DNA of 58,171 bases, the filler included, from Circinaria calcarea (Eukaryota), in assembly GCA_051942165.1 (NCBI GenBank). It is 4 parts of 4 records of this genome, joined end to end, with 100 filler letters (N's around TTAATTAATTAA, not from the genome) between each part and the next. Parts side by side here need not be neighbours in the genome. Positions count along the whole stretch, not along the records: positions 14,579 to 29,054 come from JAVECS010000427.1; positions 29,155 to 43,617 come from JAVECS010000428.1; 2 more parts are not named here. One strand, written 5' to 3'. The translations under genes were made by a program, and so were the position numbers. This document shows positions 22,501 to 34,745 of the stretch, piece after piece. How positions within the stretch are numbered: position 1 is the stretch's first letter; each line of letters opens with the position of its first letter. Below the pieces are notes generated by a model. That model was given only the letters and a program-made list of their open reading frames with translations, ran no database searches and was not told where the DNA came from.

Positions 22501-23794
22501 GAAGAAGTCATCGAATTCTTTTAATCTGCGGCTTGTTATAATTATGTTTAGTCCATTAGCCTTCCTTTTAATAGCTGATTCTAGGAAAACTAGTAGCTCC
22601 TGTCGGCTTTCGCACTCATCCAGGGCGTCCAAGACTACAAATGTTCTCGTGTTGTAGTCCACAAGAGCTTGGAATACTCTTTCGAGATCATTGATTTGAG
22701 GCGGCTTTGTTCCCTTTCGGCAAGCTTCGTATAGAGAGACTATGGACTCGGGTATAAATTCAAAGCTTGATAAGAGTTGTAGCACAAGCGAACGAAGCAT
22801 GTTGTCAATATGTTGTTTCGTGCTGTCATTGAAGTCAAAGAAGAAGTAGGCAATAGCACATTTCGAGGTCTCCTGCGACAGTTTCTCGATTATAGTAGAG
22901 CTTAGAACCGTTTTCCCTACCTCACAGTCAGCCTTCTCAACACATAAGGCTATTTCTGACGAAGCAAGGGTGGTAGATGCATGAGACGTACCACAGCCGG
23001 GTATTCCATGAAGCCAAAGGAAAGAGGCTTGGGCTGCCTTCCAGTCTTGGAATGGGCGAGTCTCGAAGAGCCAGAGCCCAGTATTAGCATGTCTCTTCTT
23101 TAGCGCTGCATTGAAATTCATAGAAACATCAGGCGCCGCTAGCCAAATTTTTATCTTCCAATATTGCTCGTCTATATGCTTTCGATCAGCCTATAATTCC
23201 CTTTGGCGACAAGCGAAAGGCCTGGGTACCATTGTGTAAAGACTTCATTGACGATTTCAAAGACTTCTGCCCTTGCTGAAGCTGACTCAACCTGACCCTA
23301 ACCGGCAATCAGATGGCACGTCTTGAGAATGTAGGGTCTACTTACGATTGGTCCACAGTCAATGCCAGCTCCAGGTTCTTTTTCAGTCTATCGATATTTT
23401 CAAGAATCCTCTTGGTTTCACCTTCTTTGAGTGGCCAGGTCAATGATTGCATTAGAGCTTTACGTCTCGATCCATTCTGGCATGCCCAATCTGGCAGACG
23501 TAGCTTCTCGTTAAGAAGCTTCAACTCCTTTGCGATGGGACCGTCTTCACGGTCGCAGAGTGCTGCGACTTCCTTGAGTTCGATCGAAGGGGCTGTATTG
23601 GGATTTTCTGGACTGGCTAGTAATCGCTCAATTGACTCGAGAATGTTGCGCAGACTCGTAATCTCGTCCAACAACCCTGAGATGGCCCGCGTCGCGCCTT
23701 TGACAGTGCTAGCATAGTCGAAACAGAGGTGGATCACTCCATTAGTAGCTTGTATTAGAGTTATAACGCCCACAGAGATACTGAAAGGATCCAT
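19540..23794 (-). CDS. Fungal NLR-like STAND protein: HeLo-like/SesA-type N-terminus, NACHT, ankyrin repeats, C-terminal tail
   Basis: MDPFSISVGVITLIQ helical N-terminus; WLAAPD..RHANTGLW; P-loop WLHGIPGCG^KTVLSS; AYFFFDF; Walker B VLDALDEC; IITSR; FRWAACQID; LPTTLDETYDRIL; LAHFSVKEYL; many TPLxxA/GADxN repeats. Confidence 0.95.
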
Positions 23795-24385
23795 GATAAC
23801 CTATCTCGCACCAGCACGTTGACGAGTCTGAAGGAAAATTGAGGAGTCGCGGATGAATCCGTCAACTCTTTTATACCAAAACGATAGCCTCGGCCTTTTC
23901 CGGTGGAATTATATGCTTAGGCTTTCATCAAAAACTTGATATAAGTGATGAAAAGACGATGATTTAGGTGTAAAAATTGATGGTGATAGTTGAAATGCTC
24001 TGTTGGCGTTTATTTTGTAGAGGAGGGTCGGTGACGCAATGAGGTATAAGTCCAGAGCGGAGTCGAGCGCAGGGAGGCTTTTAACTCGCCCTAAAATAGA
24101 ACCGTCTCTGTTCGAGCTGAGCTGCGGCAGTATTGTGGAGATGCGAGACAACAGATGAGAGGGCATGCCTCTGCCACTCACTCCAAGCCATGGACGGGAG
24201 TGGGGTCGGTCAGGGAAGGGCGAGGGAGAATGAGTAATCAAGGCCCAGCGATCTATGCGAAGGCGGTCGAGAAAAAATGCCTCATGCAAGGTCGAGACAT
24301 GGTGATCGGCGATGGTCGGCAGAAGGGGGGTGCAGATAGGAAGGGGCGAGAAGATGGTAGAGGTGTAGAAAAAGATAAAGCAAAA

Positions 24386-24823
24386 TGTAAGGATCCTTTA
24401 CGAATAGTATAATGATCTAACGATAAGGGTCGGTGAATTGTATAATAATGAGCTTAATTGGTTCGCATAAGCGTATTGTTAAATAGAGAGCCAAGCATAC
24501 CATGTGCCATGCAGAAGTTCTGTATTGCCCGTATTAGTAATAGCGTGGGCTGCAGAGTTATCCCCTTCGCTTCGCACTTTGCGAACCATATACTTACACA
24601 CGATGTTACACAATATATCGACTATTGCGTACACTTCCAATACCGTCTTAATGCATTGCTTAAGCCACTTCCTGCTGAACCTTTAACACGTATGAATTAT
24701 TGCTAAAGAATCCTGGTGTAACGCTTCGCGAAGAAAACCTTTCTCGCTAAGCCAACACCCTCGTGCCCTCGGTGTATAGTTCACCCGTAGGGTTCGTAGG
24801 GGTTCTCGGGTAGAGCCCTTACA
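24386..24823. mobile_element. Probable solo LTR (438 bp)
   Basis: TGTAAGG...CCTTACA inverted ends. The right end GCCCTTACA matches the ends of the LTRs at 5929 and 6746. No TSD (caaaa / tcgga). Confidence 0.6.
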
Positions 24824-25303
24824 TCGGAAACGTTATAGGTTGCTGCGGACGGATTGAGGGGTATCCGGTTGGCTGGAATCTATATCTGGGATAAGCTTGG
24901 TGCTTCTATATAATTAATATTACGCTCAAGGCATTTATGGAGAGGAATGATTGGATTGCTGTGAAGACTTGTGGTTGGATTAATTTAGAATTGGCGTGCG
25001 CGAATTAAAAAGTTTTTTTTTTTTTTTTTTTCTAAAAAAAAAGACTTCGAGAATAATGCCACCGTAATTGCTAGAGGATATCAAGCAGGGCATGCCTTAT
25101 ATTATTGTAATCACAAGCTGATTATCAGATGCCTTTTACAATAGTATGACCACGGTACTGCCTCCTTGGCTTCGAACCTTGCTATCAAGTGGAAAAAACT
25201 CAAATTTCAAGATCAACTGGATTAAGTTTTCTTATCCACCTCGCATCTCTCAATTCTTCTGCAGTATTATCGATTCAAGAAAACTTCCTTACCTTTTGCA
25301 AAT

Positions 25304-26200
25304 ATGGCTGTTGGTCTCAAGTGGAGGCATGTACTCGCCTCCTATGCATTTCCATTTATAACCCTCATTCTCAATACTCTAATTACCGGCCATGTCTTTT
25401 CCGTTGAAGACTCCTCTCTGCAATGGGAGCCTGCTGCGGCACATCTTACCTTTACCCTATTCGCCCTTATACCCTTTATATTAACGAAGCGAATGAGCTT
25501 GCGGACGGCCACCTCCGGTGTCTTTGCTAGCCTCTGTCTCCGGGAACTGCAGGCAATGATATCTCGACTTGCGAGCAACGCAGTGGATGAGTTCTTCGCC
25601 AATGCAATATTCGGGTTCCCATTTACCTTCCTGTGGGCGGTAAAATTCCGTCACATCCAATTGATGGTGGAGAGTCCAGGAATGGCAAATCACGACAAGG
25701 CATCTCCGCTGGTAGGTTATCGGGTCGAATGGGACTTTTGATGGAATAATATTATTTTCCAGACTAGCCTACCAACATCTGCTCTCTAGGATCCCAAAAC
25801 ACCAGACTCGTTATTTGATTACAACCACGGCTTCCTTTGCTTGTTCGCCGCATTCGGACTTCCGGTCTCGCTCTTCATTACCCTGGGCGCCGCCTTCGAC
25901 GCCTCCACTTTCGAGTCTCCGTGGACCTGGCCCCTCGACTTCGTCCTCGGCTGTTTCGTCTCCCTGTGGTTCGTCTTGACGGTAGCGATTTCTACCATCC
26001 TTCTCCACCGAGAGGGCAAGCCGGAGAGAGAAAGGTATGTTATATCAGTGCTGGGGGATAGAAAAACAGGATCTTACTGTGGGTGTAGTAAATCTGTACA
26101 GCGGTCACTCGAGGAGGGAGTGGATAAGGAAGTAGAGGATCATGGTCAGGGGTGTAACAGCTGTAAGGCACAGCCACTCATTGAGTTGTTAAGGAAGTGA
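25304..26200 (+). CDS. Hypothetical multi-pass membrane protein (3 exons)
   Basis: Hydrophobic ORFs 25304-25741 and 25841-26200 can be joined by GT-AG introns. About 6 hydrophobic segments; family not recognised. Confidence 0.55.
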
Positions 26201-26346
26201 ATAAAGGAAGGACTAGATCATAGATAGGGCCGGGCTGGCAGACAGCCTTCATTATGGTTCGGTTCTTCAAAGCTTGAGAATGAAAACAGTCACGATTATT
26301 CCTTACTATTGAATTAGTCAAGAAATCTTATCTAACCCAATCGGGT

Positions 26347-27056
26347 TATGGTAAAAGGTTCGGAACTTTTTCATTTAGGAGGTTTAGGTGTTTTGTATAA
26401 GAAGAAACTAGGTAAGAACAACCAATAGAATCTCTTACTAAGTGCTAAACCATGCTAGTGCTACGTAGCTCCGATGTAGATCTACATCGGAGCTACGTAG
26501 CACTAAATGCCACTATGCTGTCTTAAATAGGCATAGTGGCTACTAAATTTCGACGTCAAGTTATAGAAAGGGGTAGAATAGAAAGGGGTAGAATTAATTA
26601 ATTAAATATAAAAGTGCACTCTATGTACCCAGATTGAAGACGTGAATACGCCCAAATCCAGTAACAAAATATCTAGAAACCGTGAAACACCAGGTGTAAA
26701 TAATGATACACCGGTAAATACCACGAATCTAACAGCAACACGCATTCTTTTCGGCGGAAACCCGGAAATAGACGGGTTATTACAGCAATGGGAGCGGCAA
26801 CACCCTTCTACCCGCCATAGCCAGCTCCCACCCGACGGATACCCTGTCATTTCCACCCCTTTTGCAGCAGCAACAGGACCCGGTTCATGAATTCTACAAT
26901 ATAATGAAATTAAAGCTTTGATATTGACTAATTAGGCTTAACCCCTCGGATATCCTTTATTCCGAGCCTACATTACATTAGCTTTACAAAACAAAAAACC
27001 ACCTAAACCTCCTAATTGATAAAATCTTTTTTAGGATTTCTATTCGCGTTACCATA
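26347..27056. mobile_element. Putative non-autonomous inverted-repeat element
   Basis: TTAGGAGGTTTAGGTG (26375-26390) and its exact reverse complement (27000-27015), with outer TATGGTAA / TTACCATA. Internal palindromes present; no TSD found. Confidence 0.5.
26456..26505. repeat. Perfect 50-bp palindrome with no spacer
   Basis: TAGTGCTACGTAGCTCCGATGTAGA|TCTACATCGGAGCTACGTAGCACTA. Confidence 0.97.
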
Positions 27057-27959
27057 GCGTCTACTTAATGCTCGACCGAGGTTTCCTGTATTCCTCTCTA
27101 CATCAATTTTACACTCATCCACTATTCCCCCTTCCCATTTCCTACCCACTTTTATATCTTCCCGCATCTGTATCAGCATAAATTACAATCAGTCGGAGGA
27201 AACAACACTATTCACAAAGGCATCCCAGTTTCTACAAACATCACCTCTTCCTCAACCCGTATCCTCAAACCTCATCCCCCTCCTTTCCCCTCTCACTTTC
27301 CCAAACTTGCCTCCTTGCCCTTGCCCCTCTGCCTCTACCTTAGTCTTCCCTAATCACCCATCAGACCCAGCACCAAACCACTTGAGTCTCCCTACCTTAC
27401 TGGCCTCCCAATAGATTCCTTCCCTCCTTCTCCCACAAGCACATCCCCTACCAACTCCTGCACAAAAACACCGCCGGTTGGCCAGGAACCGGAGACAGCC
27501 ATACCGACGATCGCGAACGGAGAGGGGGTGCTCGATTCGATCCTTGACGAGGAATGCGCAGAAGAAAGCCTGGCGGGAGCTGGGAGGGACGCGGCTGTCG
27601 ATGTCTCGGCGAAACAGGGTAAGAGGCGGGAAGGGTACCGGAGTTGGCGAGCGAGGGCGCCGATCAGTATCTCCCCGCGGGGGCGAGGAAGATTCTAGCC
27701 GATAATCGAAGCGTGGCTGATTAGGTGGTGGGGAGGGGGGGGGAGTAATAGTCCTTTTCTTTAAGTTTATTGAGGAAATATTGAACGATACAAGATAATA
27801 CAAAAGATATCATCCATGAGACATAAAGTCATACGTGATTGATATGGTATGGAGTAGGACGCCCGTGGTAAATGATTTTACAAGGCCAACAAAGAGGTAG
27901 TCGTCAACAAACATTCCCTTGAGAGAGAGAAGGACCGTCCTCCCCCATTCCCAATTAAT

Positions 27960-29054
27960 CTAGTAACCTTTCTTCCGATCCACCACATTGATCAGCTCCT
28001 TCCCCTTCTCCCTCTTCATCAGATTCACCTCCAGTACCTGGAACGCCCTGTCCACATACATGACCCCCAACCCACTGATGTGCGGCGTGACGATGCAATT
28101 GGGTGCATCCCACAACGGACTATCCCGAGGGAGCGGTTCCGGATCCGTCACGTCCAGCGCCGCGCCTCTCAATCCTCCCTCCTGCTCCGGATCTGCTCCT
28201 TTTTTCAACGCGGCGATCAGGTCATCTTGCTGGAGGATCTGGCCGCGGGAGATGTTGGAGATGAAGGCTTTTTGGCGTCCGAGGATGTCGAACTCTTCCT
28301 TGCCGAGGAGATGCGTGGTTTCTTTGGTCAGCGGGACAGAAATGAGGAGATGGTCAATGTCTTGCGAGAGGAAATGATGGAGGGAGGCTTTATCCGTTCC
28401 GCTGTACCAGGCGCTGGGGATCGAGCCATCCGCGTCCCCGGTCCCGGGGACGATGAAGCCATGATCTTTCTTGCTCTCGGGCGTGGGGCGGGGAGAAGCG
28501 GTGTAGGCAATGACATCCGAACCCATGGCCTTGAAAACCCCCCCAGCCTGCCTTCCGATGCTCCCATACCCGAGGACGCCGAAGCGCTGACCGACGTTAT
28601 CGCGAATCGTGCGCAGGCGACCCTGTTGGCCCCTTTGACCCCAGTTGTGCGTCTTTTGCAAGTCGTACAGGTCGTGGTACCGGTGCGAATGGACAAGGGC
28701 TGTCATGAGAACCCATTCCGAGATCTGAGGGCCGTGGATGCCGGACGAAGTCGTCAGGGTGATATTGGTATCGGTGTAGATGGGGTGGTTGGCGATATGG
28801 TTTGTGCCGGCCGAGAGGAAGTGGATCAGTTCTGTTGGAGGTCGGGGAGAGCGTTAGTCGGCTGCGGACTATGCAGAAAGCGGGGGATGCGCGGGGAGAG
28901 GGGAGGAATCCCCACCGAGATTGGGGCAGTCTGACGGAGAATGAGGAAGGGCGGCGAGGGTGACTAGAATAGTGGCATCCTTCCAAGTTTCTGTGTAGAG
29001 AAGACCAAAGTATCAGCCAATATCTGGCGTGCCCAGTTTCTCCCTCATGGGGGG
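27960..29054 (-). CDS. D-isomer-specific 2-hydroxyacid dehydrogenase, 5' truncated
   Basis: SAG, TTSSGIHGPQISEW, GVLGYGSIG, VPLTKETTHL, NISRG, AALDVTDPEPLP and TPHISG motifs. Confidence 0.95.
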
Positions 29055-29154
29055 NNNNNNNNNNNNNNNNNNNNNNNNNNNNNNNNNNNNNNNNNNNNTT
29101 AATTAATTAANNNNNNNNNNNNNNNNNNNNNNNNNNNNNNNNNNNNNNNNNNNN
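29055..29154. other. Artificial contig-joining spacer
   Basis: 44 N + TTAATTAATTAA + 44 N. Confidence 0.98.
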
Positions 29155-29677
29155 TTCCCCCAAAGGTAACTCAAACAATATTTTTTCCATCAATCTAATA
29201 GTTTTGTTATTGGAGCTCTGGGTCCTGTAAGTGTGTACAAGACTATTCCATGTTTGTTAGTTTAGTTTTTGTCTGGGTGCGTTTAACGCAAGCAGCCTTA
29301 AGCTTATTAGTCTTTATAACTTGCAGTCGTAGCGTGTTCTCTAACTCTTCCCACCCGTCCTTGAATGCTGTATGCTGATTGCCAGGTTGGGCCATGCTAT
29401 GTCGGTATTAAAAAATTAATTCCCCTCAATAGATTCTTGTATATCTTTGTGAACTATTTATTTATTTTATAATGTTTTCTTCTACTTAGAATTGAGCAAT
29501 TAAAAGTGGCCAACGCGCAAGAAATGGGGCAAGAGGTAACAAGTAGCCATTCTACAGATATACCTGGCCGAACTCACCGCAGTTGAGTTTCGTTCGTGCG
29601 GAGATTATGCAGTCCAATAACCAACCAAACCATATAATCTATGCTTTCCACGTCTGAAATCCAATCAACTCAGGCAA

Positions 29678-31487
29678 TCAACTTTTCCCCCGTGGCCTTA
29701 TATTTACCAAGACATCCTTTGTGGTTGGCATAGCAGACGATGACGGCACCTTCAGATCAACTTCTGGAGGCGTCTGACCCGGTGCGACCTCAAGATTAAG
29801 TCGGTCCAACGCCGTTGCGACAAAGATATAAATCTCAGACCGCGCGAAGAACCTACCAGGGCAGTAGGTGTTCCCGCCGCCGAACGGATGGTAGCCTTTA
29901 GCGTGCTGCAGGCCCTTGTTGGCGAGAAAGCGAGTGGGGTCGAATTCTAACACGCCCGGACCGAAAATGGACGGGTCCATGTGGAACTGGCGGAAGGGAC
30001 CGAGGACTGTCTCGCCGGCGTGTACCGTTTTACCGCTAACAACTGTGTCTTCGGTGGCCTTGCGGGCGATAGCGGCGTTGTTATAGATGCGAAGAACTTC
30101 GTACCATACGGCGTCAAGGTGGGGGCAGTCTGATAGGAGTACATTCAGGTCTAGGGAGCCGTTGACCGAGAGTGCTTTGCGGGTCTCGAGACGGATTTCA
30201 GTGAAGAGAGCTTGGTCGTAGAGAATGTGGGCAAACACCCAGAAGGATATCCTATGCGCATTGTGGTTGATTCTACAGTGGAGTCAAATTCTGTATACCA
30301 TGAATGTGGATAGCCGCTGTATTGCCATAACTTACGCCCATATGATCATCATCATGATTCCAGCTCTGTCGCGTGGACCGAGGCCTAGACTTTTGAGCTC
30401 AGAGTCCAAGGTCCGGAATATCCACGCCAGGTCTGGCCTGTGCTCCGTCGGAAGCGCAAAGTACCTGACAAGATCATCCAACGCTTTGTCCTTGAGTTTA
30501 TGTACATCTCTTGCCATGAATTGAGGATAGTTGTAGAAGATCTTCCAGCTCTCGTCCTCATATGCTTGATAATTGGATAGAAATGAAGGGGACGTCTCGA
30601 AAAGCTCCGTGCCGAAGAAGCTTTTCATTGCACAATCCCCAAGTGTATGTCTAGTAAACCGTTTCAATGAGATCAATTTCACGTCTTCGTTGGAGGAAAT
30701 GGAAAATCGGTTTGAGAGCTCAGGCCAGGATACTGACTCCATGAGATGATGAGTGTACCTGTCTTGAAGACCCTTAAGATTCCCATTACCTCCAGGATGA
30801 AGCTGGTGTCGGAGCCATTCACTTTGCATATTGAAGTAGCACTTGCCATTTGGATTTGCTTTGTATAATAGAGCTGAAGTCCTGGCGTCCATTGATAATA
30901 AGTGCGCTGGATCGTCATGGAACATTTTTTCTATTGCAGTGTGTTCGAATCCAAACGCCTTCATTATATTCTGAACAAATGGCTCGAAGGTAAACATTGT
31001 TGTTTTTTTCCATATGGTATTGACCTCTTGGATAGTTTGTATGATCACAATCTTCTGGCCGACAATAGTAAGCGCATAAGGCTCCTTGCTAGGAAAATGT
31101 GAACTGCCGATGGTTCAGTTATTTGACTGCTTTCTTTATACGCTTCAACGGGCCGGTATCAAAATATTAACTCACTGTCCGCGGCTGAATAGAGCTTGGG
31201 AATGATGCATGAACTCCCAACTATGTCCTGTATCGAAGAATCAACTATATTCATCTGAAGGTCTGGCAGCAGATAAGGCAACATGAGCACCTACCTACGA
31301 AAGGAATCCAGTAAGGCAATGGCTTTGGCTCATCAGGCCAAAGCAGCGGAGCAACAGTAAACCTCCACACCCGCCATATGAGCAACGGTGCCAAAAGAGA
31401 TCCAGTGATTAGTAGTGCAGTATAAGAGAGAGCGGCGAAAGGGACCACTCCTCGGAACAGCAAGTGTTCTCCGTTGAAGTCTAACAT
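29678..31487 (-). CDS. Cytochrome P450 (CYP7/prostacyclin-synthase-like group, Asn-containing I-helix)
   Basis: TM anchor followed by EPKPLPYWIPF; I-helix IIWA^INHNAHRISFW; EVLR; FDPTRF; heme motif FGGGNTYCPG. Confidence 0.92.
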
Positions 31488-31846
31488 AACACTGGCGTAC
31501 AATGGGTCCAGAATTTTGCGGATTCCATCAACCTCTTATTCTACTGTAACCAAAAGCACGAGTAGGAAACATATTGTGGTATTGTGGAGGATTTGATCTT
31601 AGTTCGACTTGCCAAAATTGGGGTTGTGACTGGCTCTCTCATTCTGGAAGTATCCCTGACTGTAGCGCCGGTGATAAGATCAAATCCCATTACTACCTGA
31701 TTCCACAGTAGAATGGGTAAAGATGCATGATGGCTTGCAGGTTGTGGAGCGGATCCAAGTCCGATCCTTTAAACCCATTTGATCGACAACGCAGGTCCCA
31801 AGCGGGATCAACGGGCGGGTAGCATCGCCTCGCTTTGCACCGTATT

Positions 31847-31898
31847 ACACACAAGGCAGCACAAGGCAGCACACAAGGCAGCACACAAGGCAACACAC
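31847..31898. repeat. Minisatellite (AC)ACAAGGCAGC, ~4 copies, in the P450 bidirectional promoter
   Basis: acacacaaggcagc acaaggcagc acacaaggcagc acacaaggcaacacac. Confidence 0.85.
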
Positions 31899-32793
31899 TG
31901 ACCTGCATTAACCCGCAGCCATGGAGGCTGTGCCCCTACAGGGATAATCCGGAATAGGAAGATGCGTGAAGCTACGTAGAACCCTCGTTTGAGGCACAAA
32001 CTTTGTCTCCGCTGCAATAGAGAGGCAGTACGAATGACTGCAGTAGTGACCAGGCAGATCCTTGATGATCTGGTCTAGACATTGCCTATAAGCGTGTCTG
32101 AGCTAGAGCTAGGTGCTGATTGTCGTTAATAACACCTTCCTCTTCAGGGAAACAAAGGGATTTCTAAGATCAGAATGGATGCCTGAGATGGTTTTGCTAT
32201 CGGAACTGCACCTTGATTGATTGATTCCGAAACCAGTTCAATCCAGCCCATCAGCCCAACGCATAACTCAGCAGTATATTGGCTTGCACCCATCGAGGAT
32301 CAGGTAAGAAAAACAACATCGATTGGCTAGAAATGCAGCTCCTGCCCATACCCGTGTTTTGCTCCGACAGTCCGACGCGCTGTATACGTCCTATCGTGAA
32401 ATCGGCTACTCATTGGCTGGTACTAGGAGAGATGCACATGCACGTCTGATGCTTCGACCGCGTTACGTTGCAGCTCAGCTCACCCTCAGCACTCCTTCAA
32501 TGCTTATATCAGCTCTGGATGGAGGCCACTCGTGGGCCTACTCTTTGGGTGTGCGAATGACTTTGTTAAGCGACTAGTTACCCTACTAGCCATGGCGCCG
32601 TGCTCTCCTACACTTCGAAGCTAAGCGCTAAGGGCATTGTTGACGATGTCTATGTCACCTCTAAGTATAGGCTCATACTTTACATCGTCTTTCCAACAAG
32701 TCACTGTCTGAATCTTACGATATATATTCAAAACTACTCAAACTTAGCAGTAATATCGTTTGGCTCACCTGGGTTACAATCTCTGATCCTAAC

Positions 32794-34745
32794 ATGTATA
32801 ACTTATGTCAATCCCCTTCAATGCTTTGTATTTTCCTTCTTTCCTGTGTTGTTCTGTGTAGCCTTGTGCGCCGATTTTCCCACCTGAGAAATATTCCAGG
32901 GCCATGGTGGGCCCCTTATACCAGAATTTGGCTGTTCAAAACACTTGCGTCGGAAGATTCTCCAAGTCGGTATATTGAGGTGAACAAAAAATATGGTATG
33001 CTGGGCTCCATTTCCGTTTGAGTTTGAATTGCCTACCGCTTATGTTTGTCCTCGAATGATATCTGGTTTATTGAAATCCTTAGGTCCTCTTGCGCGTATC
33101 GGTCCCAACCATCTACTCACAAATGATCCAATCACTTTCAGAAGAATTCTTGCGACCCGTTCCAATTATTCGCGCGGGCCTTGGTTTGACAGTCTGCGTT
33201 TGGATCCCAACTATGCCAGTCTAATCACAGAGAGAGATATGCAAAGGCACAATACGTTACGCCACCAGATGGCGCCTGGTGTAGGCATTCTTTTGCCTAA
33301 TTTTTGACCTTTGGGCAGTATTAACTTTAGCTGAGTTCCCACAGTACCAGGGTAAAGATATTGAAGGTTTTGAAGAAGGTATCGAGAAAAGCCTCCAAGA
33401 CTGGATTCATTTTATTGAGGAGCACGGAGTCTCGTATCCCAATACCACTTGCAAAGAATTCGAAATCGGGAGAAGTATTCAATACCTTGTTACAGACATG
33501 ATCTGTCGCCTTTGCTTCGGCCAACCGTTCGGGTTTGTAGCAAAGCACGCAGATTGCCATGATTTCTTGAAGACATTAGAGGAAAGACTACCCATCGTGG
33601 AGAAATTTTCGATCTATACGGAAGTTAGCAGCTTGTTACGTTCCATCTCTTATATCCCTTGGCTCAAACGTGTTCTTCCGTCAGCAAATGACCAAAAAGG
33701 TATCGGTAAAATTATAGGGGTAAAGATGACCAGAGCGCTAGCTTGTCTGGTCAAGTCTTCATTTTAACCAACTTTGCAGATATCCCGCGAAGTCATTAAC
33801 GAGAGATTTGCGCAAGGAATCCATGTCAAAAACGATATGCTTGGTTCTTTCCTGAAGTGCGGACTCGACAGGCGTCAAGCCGAGCTCGAGATCACTATCT
33901 CTTTGTAAGAGCCTTTCGCCTACCCTCCACTCAATACCGAAATACTGCAAGTAGGCTCATAGCATCTTCCCAATAGATTCGCTGGCTCTGACACCACTGC
34001 CACATCCATGCGCGCCATTCTCCTCCACATCATAACCAACCCTCTCGTATACAATCGACTACGCATCGAAATCGACACCCACATCGCTAATGGCGCCCTC
34101 TCATCTCCCGCCCTCGAAGACCAGGTCCGAAAGCTCCCCTACCTCCAAGCATGCATCCGTGAAGGCCTCCGCATCTTCCCTCCCATCACCTACCTCCGTG
34201 AACGCGTGACACCCCCCATGGGTGATACACTTAACGGCTTTGTCCTCCCTGGTGGCGTAAACGTCGGATTCAATCTCCCCGGGCTGCTCCTGAACCCTGT
34301 GTTCGGCCCCGATCCCAAATTCTACCGGCCCGAGCGGTGGCTGGACGAAGTGCTGCCGGAGCGCCTCCACGAAATGGAGCGAGTGATGGAGCTTGTTTTC
34401 GGGTGGGGTTCGACGCGGTGCCTCGGAATTCGGATGGCAAATGCGAACCAGAGCAAGTTCTTCGTCGAGGTTGGTTTCGCCGCTTCTCCTCTCCTCCTGC
34501 TGCCTTTGCTTTTCTTTGTCCATGCTTTCATCGATCAAATTCTCAGAGGAAAACATAGCTTACTTGTGCGGTGATTTTACTGCAAGGTCTTTCGACGCTG
34601 GGATGTGGTCGTGACGAGACCCATCAAACCGTGGAGCAGTCGTTGCCATGGTATATTCTTCCAGAAGGACTTCTTTGTGCGGATCACACCTCGAGCGACG
34701 GTAGCTGCTGCGGGTGGCGCGAATACGTGTGTTGTAGCATCGTGA
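32794..34745 (+). CDS. Cytochrome P450 (pisatin demethylase/CYP57-like group), multi-exon
   Basis: LRNIPGPWWA, GPLARIGPN, FGQPFGF, FAGSDTT, EGLR, PERW and FGWGSTRCLG. Last exon ends with TGA at 34745. Confidence 0.93.

Noticed and set aside
27354..27803. 149-aa Pro/Arg/Cys-rich ORF
   Set aside because: Low complexity with no recognisable motif; it may be a relic but cannot be supported.
28080..28934. 284-aa plus-strand ORF and similar long antisense ORFs (4712-5218, 20516-21070, 52812-53303)
   Set aside because: Antisense shadows of well-supported genes.
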